Assembly: GCA_963752285.1 (NCBI GenBank)
Contig: CAVVXN010000001.1
Span: 320,001-384,000 of the forward strand
DNA from: an uncultured Planctomycetota bacterium
Lineage (GTDB): Bacteria; Planctomycetota; PLA2; JAEUHO01
Direction of reading: 5' to 3'
DNA length: 64,000 bases
Positions within the stretch are counted from its first letter, which is position 1. The number at the start of each line of letters is the position of its first letter. The notes beneath the pieces were generated by a model. The model saw only the letters and a program-made list of their open reading frames with translations. It was not told the origin of the DNA and did no database searches. The position numbers and the translations under genes are program-made. Positions 28,661 through 37,819 of the stretch are shown here, piece after piece.

Positions 28661-30976
28661 ATGGGGCCGGCCGCCACCCGCGCGTTCTCGCTCGCCCTCC
28701 TCGTCGCGACCCTCGGGGCGGGCCGCGCGTGGCGGTCCGCGTCCGCCGCCGACGAGACCCCGTTCCTGCTCCGCCTCGCCAACGAGGACGATCCCGGCCA
28801 CGACGACGCGCTCGCGACGTGGGACGGTCTCGACCTGGGGGAGAAGGTCGCGCGTCTTCGCGCGGGGCTCTCCGACGACCCCGCGGTCGCGAAGGTGGCC
28901 GCCGCGGCGATCGGGGCCGAGTACCTCTCGCTCGCCGAGATCCACTACCAGATGTCCCTCCTCGGGGGGAACGTCGAGGCGGCGGTGGGTCGCGCGACGT
29001 ACGCGTGGGGCCTCACGGGCGTGGCGCCGGCGGGGATCCCCGACGTCGTCCCGCTCTGGGAGGCGGTCCTCCAGCGGGCGGACCCGCCCTCCTCGGAGGT
29101 GCTCGACGACCTCCACCGGGTCACCGTGCCCGCGCACCTGCCCGGGCTCGTGCCGCTCCTCGAGCGCGCGAAGGGGAACGTCCTCTGGAGCCTCGACTGG
29201 GTCGTGGACCTCGTGGCCGACTTCGACCGTTCGGACACGTACGTGGACGCGGCCCGCCAGGGCGTTCTCCTCGGGTTCCGACGCCTGAAGGCCTGGCGCG
29301 TTGCGGACGCGCCGGCGCGTCCCGTGTCGGTGTCGTCGCGGGACTGGTCGGGCGAGGGCCTGCCGACGGGGTTCCTCGAGCTCGCGCGCGCCGCGTTCGG
29401 GCTCGACCCCCGCCCGGACGCCGGCGGGGCGCCGGACGGCGCGACCGCGTGGCGTCCGCCCGTCCCCTGGCTCCTCCGGCAGGCGCGGGCGCTCGAGCCG
29501 GCGGCGAAGGACGTTCCCTTCCTGACGGACCTGCTCTGGTCGGAGGACGCGTGGCTCCCCGTGCGCCTCTGGGCGATGCGCGGGCTGGCGAGGGTCGCCC
29601 CCGAGACCGCCGCCGCGGAGCTCGTGAAGGTCGTCGAGGCGAACGGCGACGCCCTGCCGCTCGCCGCGTCCGTCCTCGCGGGCCTCGGCCGGACCGAGGC
29701 GTGGGACGCGCTCGCGACGGCCGACGAGCCGAGCGAGGCCGTGCGGATCCTCGACTGGGCGGTCGATCCGATCGCCGCGCGCGAGCGCTGGCTCGCCCGG
29801 TTCCGGGCCGAGGAGCCCATATTCCTGCTCGACGGCGACCGTCCCCTGGCCCTCGACCGGCGCGCTCGGAGTCGCTACGAGGCCGAGTGGGGCGTCCGGA
29901 TCCCCGACGAGCACGTGGCGTGGATCGCGGACCGGCTCCGCGGAGCCGAGGTCCACCCGCTCGCCGCCGCGGTGTTCGAGGCACGGGCCCTCCCGGAGCG
30001 CGTCACGCCGGAGCGCGCCGCGGAGATCGCGGACCGCCTCGCGTCCATGGCGGCCTTCGGCGACGCGTCGTGGTTCTCGACCCGGGGCGTCGAGCGCGTG
30101 CTCCCGGCGCTCGAGGTCGCGAACCCGGACGCGCTCCGAGGGCTCCTCGCCGCGTGGGCCAAACGCCTCTCGGGCGGGGACCTCGGGGAGGTCCGGCGCC
30201 TCCAGGCGACGCTTTGCGACGCCTCGGACGTGCCGGCGCTCCTCGCCGCCGCCTCCGGCTGGGACGCGCAGCTCTGGGCGCTCGGCTTCGTCCACGACGA
30301 GCGCGTCGTCGCGTTCCTCGACGCGCGTCTCGACGACGCCAACCCGGAGACGGCCTTCGGCGCCTTCCAGGCGCTGTGCGTTGCACGGGGCGTGGCCCCC
30401 CCGGTGGTCGAGTCCGTCTCGTCACCCGCCGGTGGCACGGACGGCGCGGCGTGGGGCGACGCGGTCGCCTCGCTCCGGCGGGGCGACGCCACCGGCGCGC
30501 TCCTCGCGCTCCGGCCCGACTCCCCGCTCGTGGGGCGGATCCGCGACCCGCGCGTCGTCTCCTACCTCCAGCGGCTCCGCGACGCCGGCGACCGGACGGG
30601 CTACTGGCCGGCGACGGCCGGCCTCGCGCTCGAAGGCGACCCCGACGCGCGGGCGGAGCTCCTCGGGGTCGTCCGCGAGGGGCGGATGGCGTTCTTCGAC
30701 TCGCTGCTCCAGAGCCCCGAGGGCGCGGTCCCGACGCTCGACGGCGACCCGGAGTTCCTCGCCGCGTGGGCCGAGCGGGTCGAGTCGAGCTGCTGCCTCG
30801 GCTGGGCCGCGGAGGAGGTCGCGCTCCGCGCCCGCTTCCCGACGATCCCGATCGCCGCGGGCATCGACGGCGACTCGACGACGGCGGAGGCGAAGGCGTG
30901 GCTCGACCGGAGCCGCGGGCACTTCGCCTACAGCCGGATCCTCCACGGCTGGCTCCCCGTTCCCTCCGACGACTGA
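28661..30976 (+). CDS. Large exported helical hypothetical protein (paralogue of 37820-41682)
   Basis: Signal-like N-terminus; HEAT-like helices; C-terminal PTLDGDP..W....ESSCC..FAYSRIL. Confidence 0.65.
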   Translation: MGPAATRAFSLALLVATLGAGRAWRSASAADETPFLLRLANEDDPGHDDALATWDGLDLGEKVARLRAGLSDDPAVAKVAAAAIGAEYLSLAEIHYQMSLLGGNVEAAVGRATYAWGLTGVAPAGIPDVVPLWEAVLQRADPPSSEVLDDLHRVTVPAHLPGLVPLLERAKGNVLWSLDWVVDLVADFDRSDTYVDAARQGVLLGFRRLKAWRVADAPARPVSVSSRDWSGEGLPTGFLELARAAFGLDPRPDAGGAPDGATAWRPPVPWLLRQARALEPAAKDVPFLTDLLWSEDAWLPVRLWAMRGLARVAPETAAAELVKVVEANGDALPLAASVLAGLGRTEAWDALATADEPSEAVRILDWAVDPIAARERWLARFRAEEPIFLLDGDRPLALDRRARSRYEAEWGVRIPDEHVAWIADRLRGAEVHPLAAAVFEARALPERVTPERAAEIADRLASMAAFGDASWFSTRGVERVLPALEVANPDALRGLLAAWAKRLSGGDLGEVRRLQATLCDASDVPALLAAASGWDAQLWALGFVHDERVVAFLDARLDDANPETAFGAFQALCVARGVAPPVVESVSSPAGGTDGAAWGDAVASLRRGDATGALLALRPDSPLVGRIRDPRVVSYLQRLRDAGDRTGYWPATAGLALEGDPDARAELLGVVREGRMAFFDSLLQSPEGAVPTLDGDPEFLAAWAERVESSCCLGWAAEEVALRARFPTIPIAAGIDGDSTTAEAKAWLDRSRGHFAYSRILHGWLPVPSDD

Positions 30977-31083
30977 CGCGACGCCGGGGTGGGTCCCCAC
31001 GCCGGACGACGAATGGGCGCGCAGGCAAGCGGCTCTCTTCGCCGGCGACGTGTGGATCGTCGCCCGGGTTGCGCACCCGAGGC

Positions 31084-31805
31084 CTACGCACTCGTCCTGG
31101 TGCGCGCTGCGGCAGGGTGCACACGGCTCGGATCCGGTCCCCGGGCTGCACCCCGAGCGTCGGTCGCGCGGCACGAGGCGTCGCGAACGTCCGGCTCGCC
31201 CGCGCGCGAGGAGACGTTGCCGCGACACCACGACTTGACGTCTCGCACGAGCCCGACCGTTTCGAGTGCGCGGATCGAGTCAGAACGACGTGCGGGATCC
31301 ACCACGTGGACTCGAGCACGCCGAGCACGCGGCTGTGTTCGATCGGGGGAGGCAGCGCATACCGCGCGGTGTCGCGTGGGAGGAAGCGGGTGTGCAGGTT
31401 CCACGCGAAGTCCCGCACCAGCCCGTGGCGGTACGCGAAATACGCCGGGCAATCGGGCTGGTTCTGCCAGTAGTCGCGCATCCGATGCCGCCGGATCCAC
31501 GACCTCGGGGGCCCGAGACCGGCCAGGAGGTAGAGGACCAGGAGGACCGCGCGAACCGGCGCCGGCGCGACGTAGGTCTCGTGGATCAGGCCCCGGTGGA
31601 GTCCTACGGAGTGGCCGAGGCAGAGCGTCGCGAACGTAAGGACGGCGAGCGTGGTCATCAACGAGGGCGAGGGCCCGACTCGGACCGCGACCGCCGCACC
31701 TACGACACCGGCCATCCCGTTCGTCCAGAGCCAGAGGGACTTCAGAGGCGCGAAGCGCACCTCGCCGATCGAGGGGGGAACGGCCGGCGGGCGAGGCGTC
31801 CTCAC
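31084..31805 (-). pseudogene. Membrane fatty acid (acyl-CoA) desaturase, internally deleted and frameshifted
   Basis: GTG overlaps the TetR stop; HSVGLHRGLIH and WIRRHRMRD boxes present; third His box absent; desaturase-like C-terminus IRALETVGLVRDVK resumes in another frame at about 31280. Confidence 0.7.
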
Positions 31806-32491
31806 GTCGTGGCCTCCCCGCGAAGTCCGCGCGTGAGCGTTCGAGCGAGTGACAGGATGCGCCGGCCGACGATCGGGGTCTTGAGGCCCGCCTGGAGGAA
31901 GGGAGCCAGGCGCTCCGCGTCCGCGAGCAGCGTCTCGGTGTCGCGCTGCTCGGGGCTCCGATCCACGACCCAGAAGAGGATCGCCCCCAGGTGGGCCAGG
32001 TAGGCGAGGTCGACGGTGCCGTCCAGGTCCCGCGGGCGGTCCTTCGCCTCGGCGACGGCCCGCCGGAAGACCGGCTCCGCCACGCGTTCGACCTCCGCGT
32101 TCCGAAGAGGGCTGGTGGTCGGGTCGCCCGTGACCATCAAGCCCGCGAGGACGCGCAGGAGCTCGCGGTACGGCGCGAGGACCTCGAAGGCGAGGCGCGT
32201 GAGCCAGAGCGTGCGGCTCGTCCACGACCCCCGTGGGAGGGCCGCGCTGCGCTCGGCCCAGGTGTCGAGGAGGTTCCCGTACAGCTCGAGGACGACCGCC
32301 TCCTTCCCGTCGAAATAGCGGTAGAGGAGCGCCGGTGTGACACCGGCCTCCCCGGCGATCCTCCGGAGCGAGGCCTCGGCGTAGCCCCTTCGGCGGAACT
32401 CGCGAACGGCGACGTCGAAGAGCCGGGCCCTCGTCCGCTCGCCCTTCGAGGGCTTCCTGGGCGGGCCGGCATCCGGGACCGCGGGCGTCAT
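31802..32491 (-). CDS. TetR/AcrR family transcriptional regulator
   Basis: KGERTRARLFDVAVREF...ASLRRIAGEAGVTPALLYRYFDGKE helix-turn-helix. Confidence 0.92.
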   Translation of the reverse strand: MTPAVPDAGPPRKPSKGERTRARLFDVAVREFRRRGYAEASLRRIAGEAGVTPALLYRYFDGKEAVVLELYGNLLDTWAERSAALPRGSWTSRTLWLTRLAFEVLAPYRELLRVLAGLMVTGDPTTSPLRNAEVERVAEPVFRRAVAEAKDRPRDLDGTVDLAYLAHLGAILFWVVDRSPEQRDTETLLADAERLAPFLQAGLKTPIVGRRILSLARTLTRGLRGEATT

Positions 32492-32496
32492 CGCCC

Positions 32497-32528
32497 ACTA
32501 AACGAAACGCGTTCACTTTTGCTGTCAA
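32497..32528 (-). promoter_or_regulatory. Putative TetR promoter/operator
   Basis: TTGACA (32523-32528, minus strand) followed by the imperfect palindrome AGTGAACG-N5-CGTTTAGT just upstream of the TetR ATG; AT-rich patch. Confidence 0.5.
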
Positions 32529-32837
32529 GCGCCGTGCCCGGCCGCGTCCCTCGGGGAACCCGCGACGGCCGCCCGGCGGGTGCCGCGGCGGGGGCGCGGC
32601 GGGGGCCACGACACCGAGGAAGAGGATCGAGGTCGCGATCGTGGGCCGTCGGCGGTTCGGCGTGGGGCTCCCGGGTGTCTCCGCGGGGCGTGGAAGGCGA
32701 GGAGCCGGCCCTGCCGCCGCGGGGGAAAGGCGAGGGCGCTCCGCGGCGTCTTCGATTCCCCCTCGTTCGGATCTCCGCCCCGAACTCGGGGCTGTGGGAC
32801 ACGTCCAAGGGTGCGCCGCCCGGCCGGAGGTCGAAGC

Positions 32838-34160
32838 ATGTCGATACGTTCTGCTCGATCGATCTGGGTCGTCCCCCTCCTCACGCTCGCCGTCCTCGGC
32901 CCCCTCGAAGCCGGTGCGGGCGAGGCGCCCCCGGCCCCGGCCCTCCAGGCGACCACGCTCTTCGGCGGCGGCGGAGGTTCGCCCTTCGAGGCCCGGGGCC
33001 CCGGCGGCGCGCTCCTCGTCGGCGTCCGCACGACGACGATCGTCTGGGCGGGCCACGAGGTCGTCCGCTCGCTAGAGCCCGCGTTCCTCGTGGACGGGAA
33101 GCCCGCGTGGGGACCGGTCTTCGGCCAGCCGAACGGAGCGGTCCGGGAGACGCTCGCCAAGCCGGGCTACGCCGTGGGCGAGATGGTCGTCCGCGTGGGC
33201 CACCGCGTGGACGGCTTCCAGCTCGTCTTCTACCGGATCGAGGGAGACGACCTGATCCCGTACGACGGCTACGGGAGCCCGTGGATCGGCGGCGAGGGCG
33301 GCAGCCCGCGACGCTTCGTGGGCCTCGGCGGTGCGCGGCCGGTCGCCGGGATCTTCGGCCGGTCGGGGGCCGACCTGGACGCCATCGGTCTCCTCCAGCC
33401 TCCGCTCGGGAACGAGCCCGTGTGCCTCACGTTCTCGGGGAGCATCGACGGCTCGGAACGCATCGTGATCGGGGCGAAGGAAGCGCGGTGGCAGAACGTC
33501 TTCTGGGGCACCTCGAGATCGACCGTTTGGCTCGGCGGCGTCGCGTGGACGCCGAGCGAGAGCCCCGTCCTCCCGAACCGCGGGGCGACCGCCTACCTCC
33601 CCGCCGCGGTCGACTTCTCCACGGCGAAGCTGGTCGAGAAGCGCGGACGCGACACCGTCGTCGTCGAGCCGACGGCGAGCGACGTGACCGTGCGGATCGC
33701 CGACAGCCCCAACGGGTCGGGCCTCTACGAGTTCACGATCGCGTTCGAACGCGTCCACGCGTTCGCCCAGCTCTCCCTCCACGCGACGATCGACGGGAGC
33801 GACGAGATCACGATCACGGCAGAGAAGGCGACGTGGCACCACCTCCACTGGGGGGGGCCCGGACCCGAGGTCTTCCTGAACGACGTCGCGTGGGATCCCG
33901 CGCGCACGCCGGAGATCTCGAACGAGGGCCCGACGCGCTACCTGCCGCCGGACGTGGACTTCCGCCAGGCCCACGTCGTCGGGTGCCGGGGCCGGGACCT
34001 CGCGGCCGTGGAGCTGGCGGCCGACCACCTGACCATCCACTTCGTGGACACGCCGATCGGGAGCGACGTGTACGAGGTCGTGATCGCGTTCGGTCCCGTG
34101 CCCGGGGACACCGGATCCGTCCCGGGGGGCGGATCGGGCGGATCCCCCTCCGCCGAGTAG
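32838..34160 (+). CDS. Exported protein: jacalin-like beta-prism domain plus two tandem ~115-aa beta domains
   Basis: Signal peptide; GGGGGSPF...VDGFQLVF...WIGGEGG; repeats IDGSERIVI and IDGSDEITI. Confidence 0.65.
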   Translation: MSIRSARSIWVVPLLTLAVLGPLEAGAGEAPPAPALQATTLFGGGGGSPFEARGPGGALLVGVRTTTIVWAGHEVVRSLEPAFLVDGKPAWGPVFGQPNGAVRETLAKPGYAVGEMVVRVGHRVDGFQLVFYRIEGDDLIPYDGYGSPWIGGEGGSPRRFVGLGGARPVAGIFGRSGADLDAIGLLQPPLGNEPVCLTFSGSIDGSERIVIGAKEARWQNVFWGTSRSTVWLGGVAWTPSESPVLPNRGATAYLPAAVDFSTAKLVEKRGRDTVVVEPTASDVTVRIADSPNGSGLYEFTIAFERVHAFAQLSLHATIDGSDEITITAEKATWHHLHWGGPGPEVFLNDVAWDPARTPEISNEGPTRYLPPDVDFRQAHVVGCRGRDLAAVELAADHLTIHFVDTPIGSDVYEVVIAFGPVPGDTGSVPGGGSGGSPSAE

Positions 34161-34279
34161 CCCGCGTCGGGACCTCGGAGCGGCGAGCCGGGCGAGACCC
34201 GGGTCCCAGCGCGCCTTCGGCGTCCCGAACGACTCGTGACCCGCTTCGGCCGGCGCGGGATCTGGCAGGATGGAGGCTC

Positions 34280-35947
34280 GTGCACCCGGATGGACTCGAC
34301 CCCGAAGGGCTCCTCGACGAACGCGGCCGCGTGGTCGCCTTCGCGCGCTTCCTGCTCCGGGACCAGGACCAGGCGGACGACGTCGCCCAGGACGTGTTCG
34401 TCGCCGCGCTCGCCCACCTGTCGGGTGCGCCGGGTCGTCCACGCGCCTGGCTCTCGACCGTCACCCGGAACGCGGTCCGGAGGCTTTGGCGCGACGCGAC
34501 CCGACGCGAGCGTCGCGAGCGCCGCGCCGCCCGGGCCGAGGACCAGCCGTCCGTGCTCGACGCGGTCGAGCGGCGCGAGGTCCAGGAGCGCGTGCGCCGG
34601 GCCGTCGATCGGTTGCCCGACGCGCTCCGGCGCGCCGTGCTGCTCCGCTACAGCGAAGGCCTTTCCGTGGGCGAGGTCGCCGCGCGCCTCGAGATCCCGC
34701 ACGAGACCGCGCGATCGCGTCTTCGCCTCGCTCGCGCGCGCCTGCGGAGCGATCTGGCCTCGGTGGCCGGCGGCGTCGCACCGCTCCCCGCGATCGGGTC
34801 CCGCTGGTTCCCGCCGGAGCCCGCCGAGGTCCTCGGGTCGGGTGTCGGGAAGGGAACCGCCGTCGCCATGGCCGCCACGATCCCGAAGGCCGCGGTCTGG
34901 GTGGGGCTGCCCCTCCTCCTCGGCGCCTCGTTCTACGCGGGGAACCGGACGGCGCCGCGCGCGGCGACCCGGGCCGACGAGCCGGTCGCCGCTTCCTCGC
35001 CCGGGACTCGCTCGCCCGCGGCGCCGACCCTGGTGGGAAGCGCCGATCTCGAGACCGCGACGCGGGCGCGGGACCTCGCGCGCGCGACGGTCGCGGCCCA
35101 GGCGGAGCAGATCCGACGGCTCACCGCCGAGATCGAGCGACTACGGGGCGCGGCGGAAGCGGTCACCGCGCACGGATCGACCTCCGGCGAGACCCCGGAC
35201 GACGAGGTCCGACGCGCGACACGCGACCGGATCGTCGCCGGCCTGCGCGCGGCGCGGGGCAGTCCGGACCACGAGACCGCGATCCGGGATCTCGCCGAGT
35301 ACCTGGCCCGCTCCGCCGACGCCGACGACGCGGCGGGTCTTCGGTGGGGCGGGGATCTCCTCGACGGCGAGGCGCGACGGGCGCGGGTCACCGCCGCCGA
35401 GGCGGCGCTCCTCCAGGGCGTCTTCGAACGACGCGCACAGGGCGACGCCGCGCGCCCGGCCCTCGCGAAGGGGATCGGGGCGGGCTACGCGGGGGACCCG
35501 CGCCTGGAGACGTTCCTCGCGCGACTCGCGCCGACCGAAACACCGGTTCACGACGCCCTCCTCCGCGTCCTCGACCACGACCCCTCCGAGGTGTTCGCCT
35601 CGTACGTCGTCGGGCTCGTGCGCGACGCGGACGCCCGCGCGGTGCTATGGGCCGCCTTGGACGAGGACCGGATCACCGCCGTCGTGACGGCGCATCGCGG
35701 CGCCGAGCTGGCCCTCGCGATCGACGACCGCGTCCGCGACGGGTCGGCCGCGGCGCGGGAGCGGTCCGATCTCTATCGCGGGCTCACCCTCCTCGCGTTG
35801 CGAGACCCCGACGACGCGCTGCCGCGCCTCCGTGCGTTTGCGGCGACGGAGGCCGCCGCCGATCTCGCGGCGCGCCTGCGCGAGGCGGTGGGGAAGATCG
35901 AGTCGCACGAGGCCGACGCGAAGTCGCTCTCGCAACTCTTCCGGTGA
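34280..35947 (+). CDS. ECF sigma-70 factor with transmembrane helix and long C-terminal extension
   Basis: ADDVAQD, AWLSTVTRN (region 2); LRYSEGLS..EVA..L..TARSRL (region 4); TM VWVGLPLLLGASFYAG; GGAGG RBS before the GTG. Confidence 0.88.
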   Translation: MHPDGLDPEGLLDERGRVVAFARFLLRDQDQADDVAQDVFVAALAHLSGAPGRPRAWLSTVTRNAVRRLWRDATRRERRERRAARAEDQPSVLDAVERREVQERVRRAVDRLPDALRRAVLLRYSEGLSVGEVAARLEIPHETARSRLRLARARLRSDLASVAGGVAPLPAIGSRWFPPEPAEVLGSGVGKGTAVAMAATIPKAAVWVGLPLLLGASFYAGNRTAPRAATRADEPVAASSPGTRSPAAPTLVGSADLETATRARDLARATVAAQAEQIRRLTAEIERLRGAAEAVTAHGSTSGETPDDEVRRATRDRIVAGLRAARGSPDHETAIRDLAEYLARSADADDAAGLRWGGDLLDGEARRARVTAAEAALLQGVFERRAQGDAARPALAKGIGAGYAGDPRLETFLARLAPTETPVHDALLRVLDHDPSEVFASYVVGLVRDADARAVLWAALDEDRITAVVTAHRGAELALAIDDRVRDGSAAARERSDLYRGLTLLALRDPDDALPRLRAFAATEAAADLAARLREAVGKIESHEADAKSLSQLFR

Positions 35948-35958
35948 GCCGCCGGGGA

Positions 35959-37050
35959 TCAGTCGCCGAGCGGCCGCTCCAGGACCTTCCACGTCGCGTC
36001 GTTCCTCGTGCCTTCGAGGGTGCCGCTCCCGCGGACCCAGAACGCCGGCGTCTGCATCCAGGTGAGCGACTGGACGCCGAAGCGGATCGTGTCCACCTGG
36101 ACGTCGGGGTCCACGTGCATCACGAAGAACTGCGCGCGGTTCAGCCCGAACGCCGACGCGGGGGCTCCCTTCCACGTGACGGCGCCGGAGCCGTCCACGG
36201 GGACCCACCCGACGCCCTCGGCGAAGAACTCGGCCCGCACGTGGAACTGCGAATCCTCCTCCTTCCCCGGGAGCGCCCAGCGGCCGACGAGCACGCGCGC
36301 GGGGATCTTCTCCGCGCGGAGCGCGCTCGCGAAGAGGACGCTCAGCCCGCCGCAGTCCGAGGCGCCCTCGCGACAGACGTCGGTCGCGTGGCGCGCAGGG
36401 AGGCGCGGAGGGTAGCGGTACGTGAACGCGTCGTGGATGCGCGCGAGGACACGGTACGCGAAGTCGAGGTCGCGTTCGCCCGGCCCGCGCAGGAGACCGT
36501 TGGACTTCCGCCACGCCTGGAACTCAGGTGCGTCGAAGTCGTAGCGGCCCGTCGCGGCGAGGGCGAGCGCCCGCTCGGTGTCGGAGAGCGTGGGGACCTC
36601 CGCCGGCGCGCCGGGCTCGAGGCGCACGGCGTAGAGAACCGCGTCGGCCTCGTAGAGGTAGGGGAGCGTCGAGACGCCCTTGTGCGTCCGCACGTGGAGG
36701 CGACGAAGGGGGCGGGCGAGGGGCGAAGCGTCCTTCACCTCCTCCGCCGCGACGGCGCGCGCGTCGGGAGCGCCTTCGCCCACCAGCCGGAACGACGACC
36801 GCTCGACCTTCTGCCACGCGTGGTCGGGCGGCACGGGCGCGACGAGGATCCACTCCTTCCCCCGGAGCTTCGGCGTGTCGATCGTCCCCTCGAGGCGGAG
36901 GTGGACGCGACGCTTCGGCACGACCGCCAGGTGGAACGGCCCCTCGAAGTGCCGGGGTGCGGCGGGTTCCGCGAGGCCCACGGACGCCGACGCGGAGACG
37001 GCGAGCGAGACGAGGAGGACCCACCGGACGGAGCGGAACGCGCGGCCCAC
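35959..37050 (-). CDS. Transglutaminase-like domain protein, exported
   Basis: Cys-His-Asp triad motifs SDCGGLS, FHVRAEF, GWVPVD; signal peptide. Confidence 0.85.
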   Translation of the reverse strand: MGRAFRSVRWVLLVSLAVSASASVGLAEPAAPRHFEGPFHLAVVPKRRVHLRLEGTIDTPKLRGKEWILVAPVPPDHAWQKVERSSFRLVGEGAPDARAVAAEEVKDASPLARPLRRLHVRTHKGVSTLPYLYEADAVLYAVRLEPGAPAEVPTLSDTERALALAATGRYDFDAPEFQAWRKSNGLLRGPGERDLDFAYRVLARIHDAFTYRYPPRLPARHATDVCREGASDCGGLSVLFASALRAEKIPARVLVGRWALPGKEEDSQFHVRAEFFAEGVGWVPVDGSGAVTWKGAPASAFGLNRAQFFVMHVDPDVQVDTIRFGVQSLTWMQTPAFWVRGSGTLEGTRNDATWKVLERPLGD

Positions 37051-37063
37051 GACGTCCCCGCCC

Positions 37064-37669
37064 CTACCTCGGCGCGCCCGGCCAGAGCGGCGCGTGGTCC
37101 GCGTCGGGCGTCCGGTAGCCCGCGGGGTGGAGCGCGCCCGCCGCGCGGTAGACGACGAGGGCGAGGCCGACCGTGACGAGGAAGCTCCCGAGCGCGAGGC
37201 CCGCGAGCGTGAGCCCGTGGCGGCGGTCCCGGATGCCGTGCTTCCGGCACGCGATCAGGTAGAGGACGCCGTAGAACACCGCGAAGGGCGACGTCACGCC
37301 CAGGAGCGCGGCCCAGCGCGTGCGGGTGGCCAGGAACGACAGCTCCTCCTCGGCCGTCGGCTCGCCCTCGTCGGAGGCGCCGTCCTTTGCGTCGGCCTCG
37401 CGCGAGGCGTCCGCCCGCGCGCGCGCCCGCGCGCGGCGCAGCACCTCCTGGGCGGCCTCCACTTCGCCGGACGGGACCTGGAGCCGCGAGGAGAGCGGCG
37501 CGAACCCGGTGATGAAGGGATCCACGCTCTTGGTGGCGCGATCGGGGAGGAAGACCGGGAAGCCGGCCTGCTCGAGCATCCCGCCGAGCATCTCGACCTC
37601 CCACGGCGGCCCCACGTGGACCGTGATCCAGGAAGACGCTCGCTTCGGGTCGACCGCACGCTCGGGCAT
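37064..37669 (-). CDS. Membrane protein with DUF2007-like N-terminal domain
   Basis: EVEMLGGMLEQAGFPVF...RLQVPSGEVEAAQEVL followed by TM helices. Confidence 0.6.
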   Translation of the reverse strand: MPERAVDPKRASSWITVHVGPPWEVEMLGGMLEQAGFPVFLPDRATKSVDPFITGFAPLSSRLQVPSGEVEAAQEVLRRARARARADASREADAKDGASDEGEPTAEEELSFLATRTRWAALLGVTSPFAVFYGVLYLIACRKHGIRDRRHGLTLAGLALGSFLVTVGLALVVYRAAGALHPAGYRTPDADHAPLWPGAPR

Positions 37670-37819
37670 CCTGGCCCCCTGAGCCGTGCCCCGATCCTAC
37701 TCTTCCCGGACGCCCCTCCGGGTCGTTCCGGACCCATCTCGCGGGCCGAGGACGCTCGAAGGGCCCCGCGGCGGGCCGGAGCGTGCGTTCGAAGTAGGGT
37801 GTCTCGCTTCCGGTCGTCC

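Noticed and set aside
30989..31238. Plus-strand small gene after the 28661 CDS
   Set aside because: No recognisable motif; part of the region is explained by the desaturase C-terminus on the minus strand
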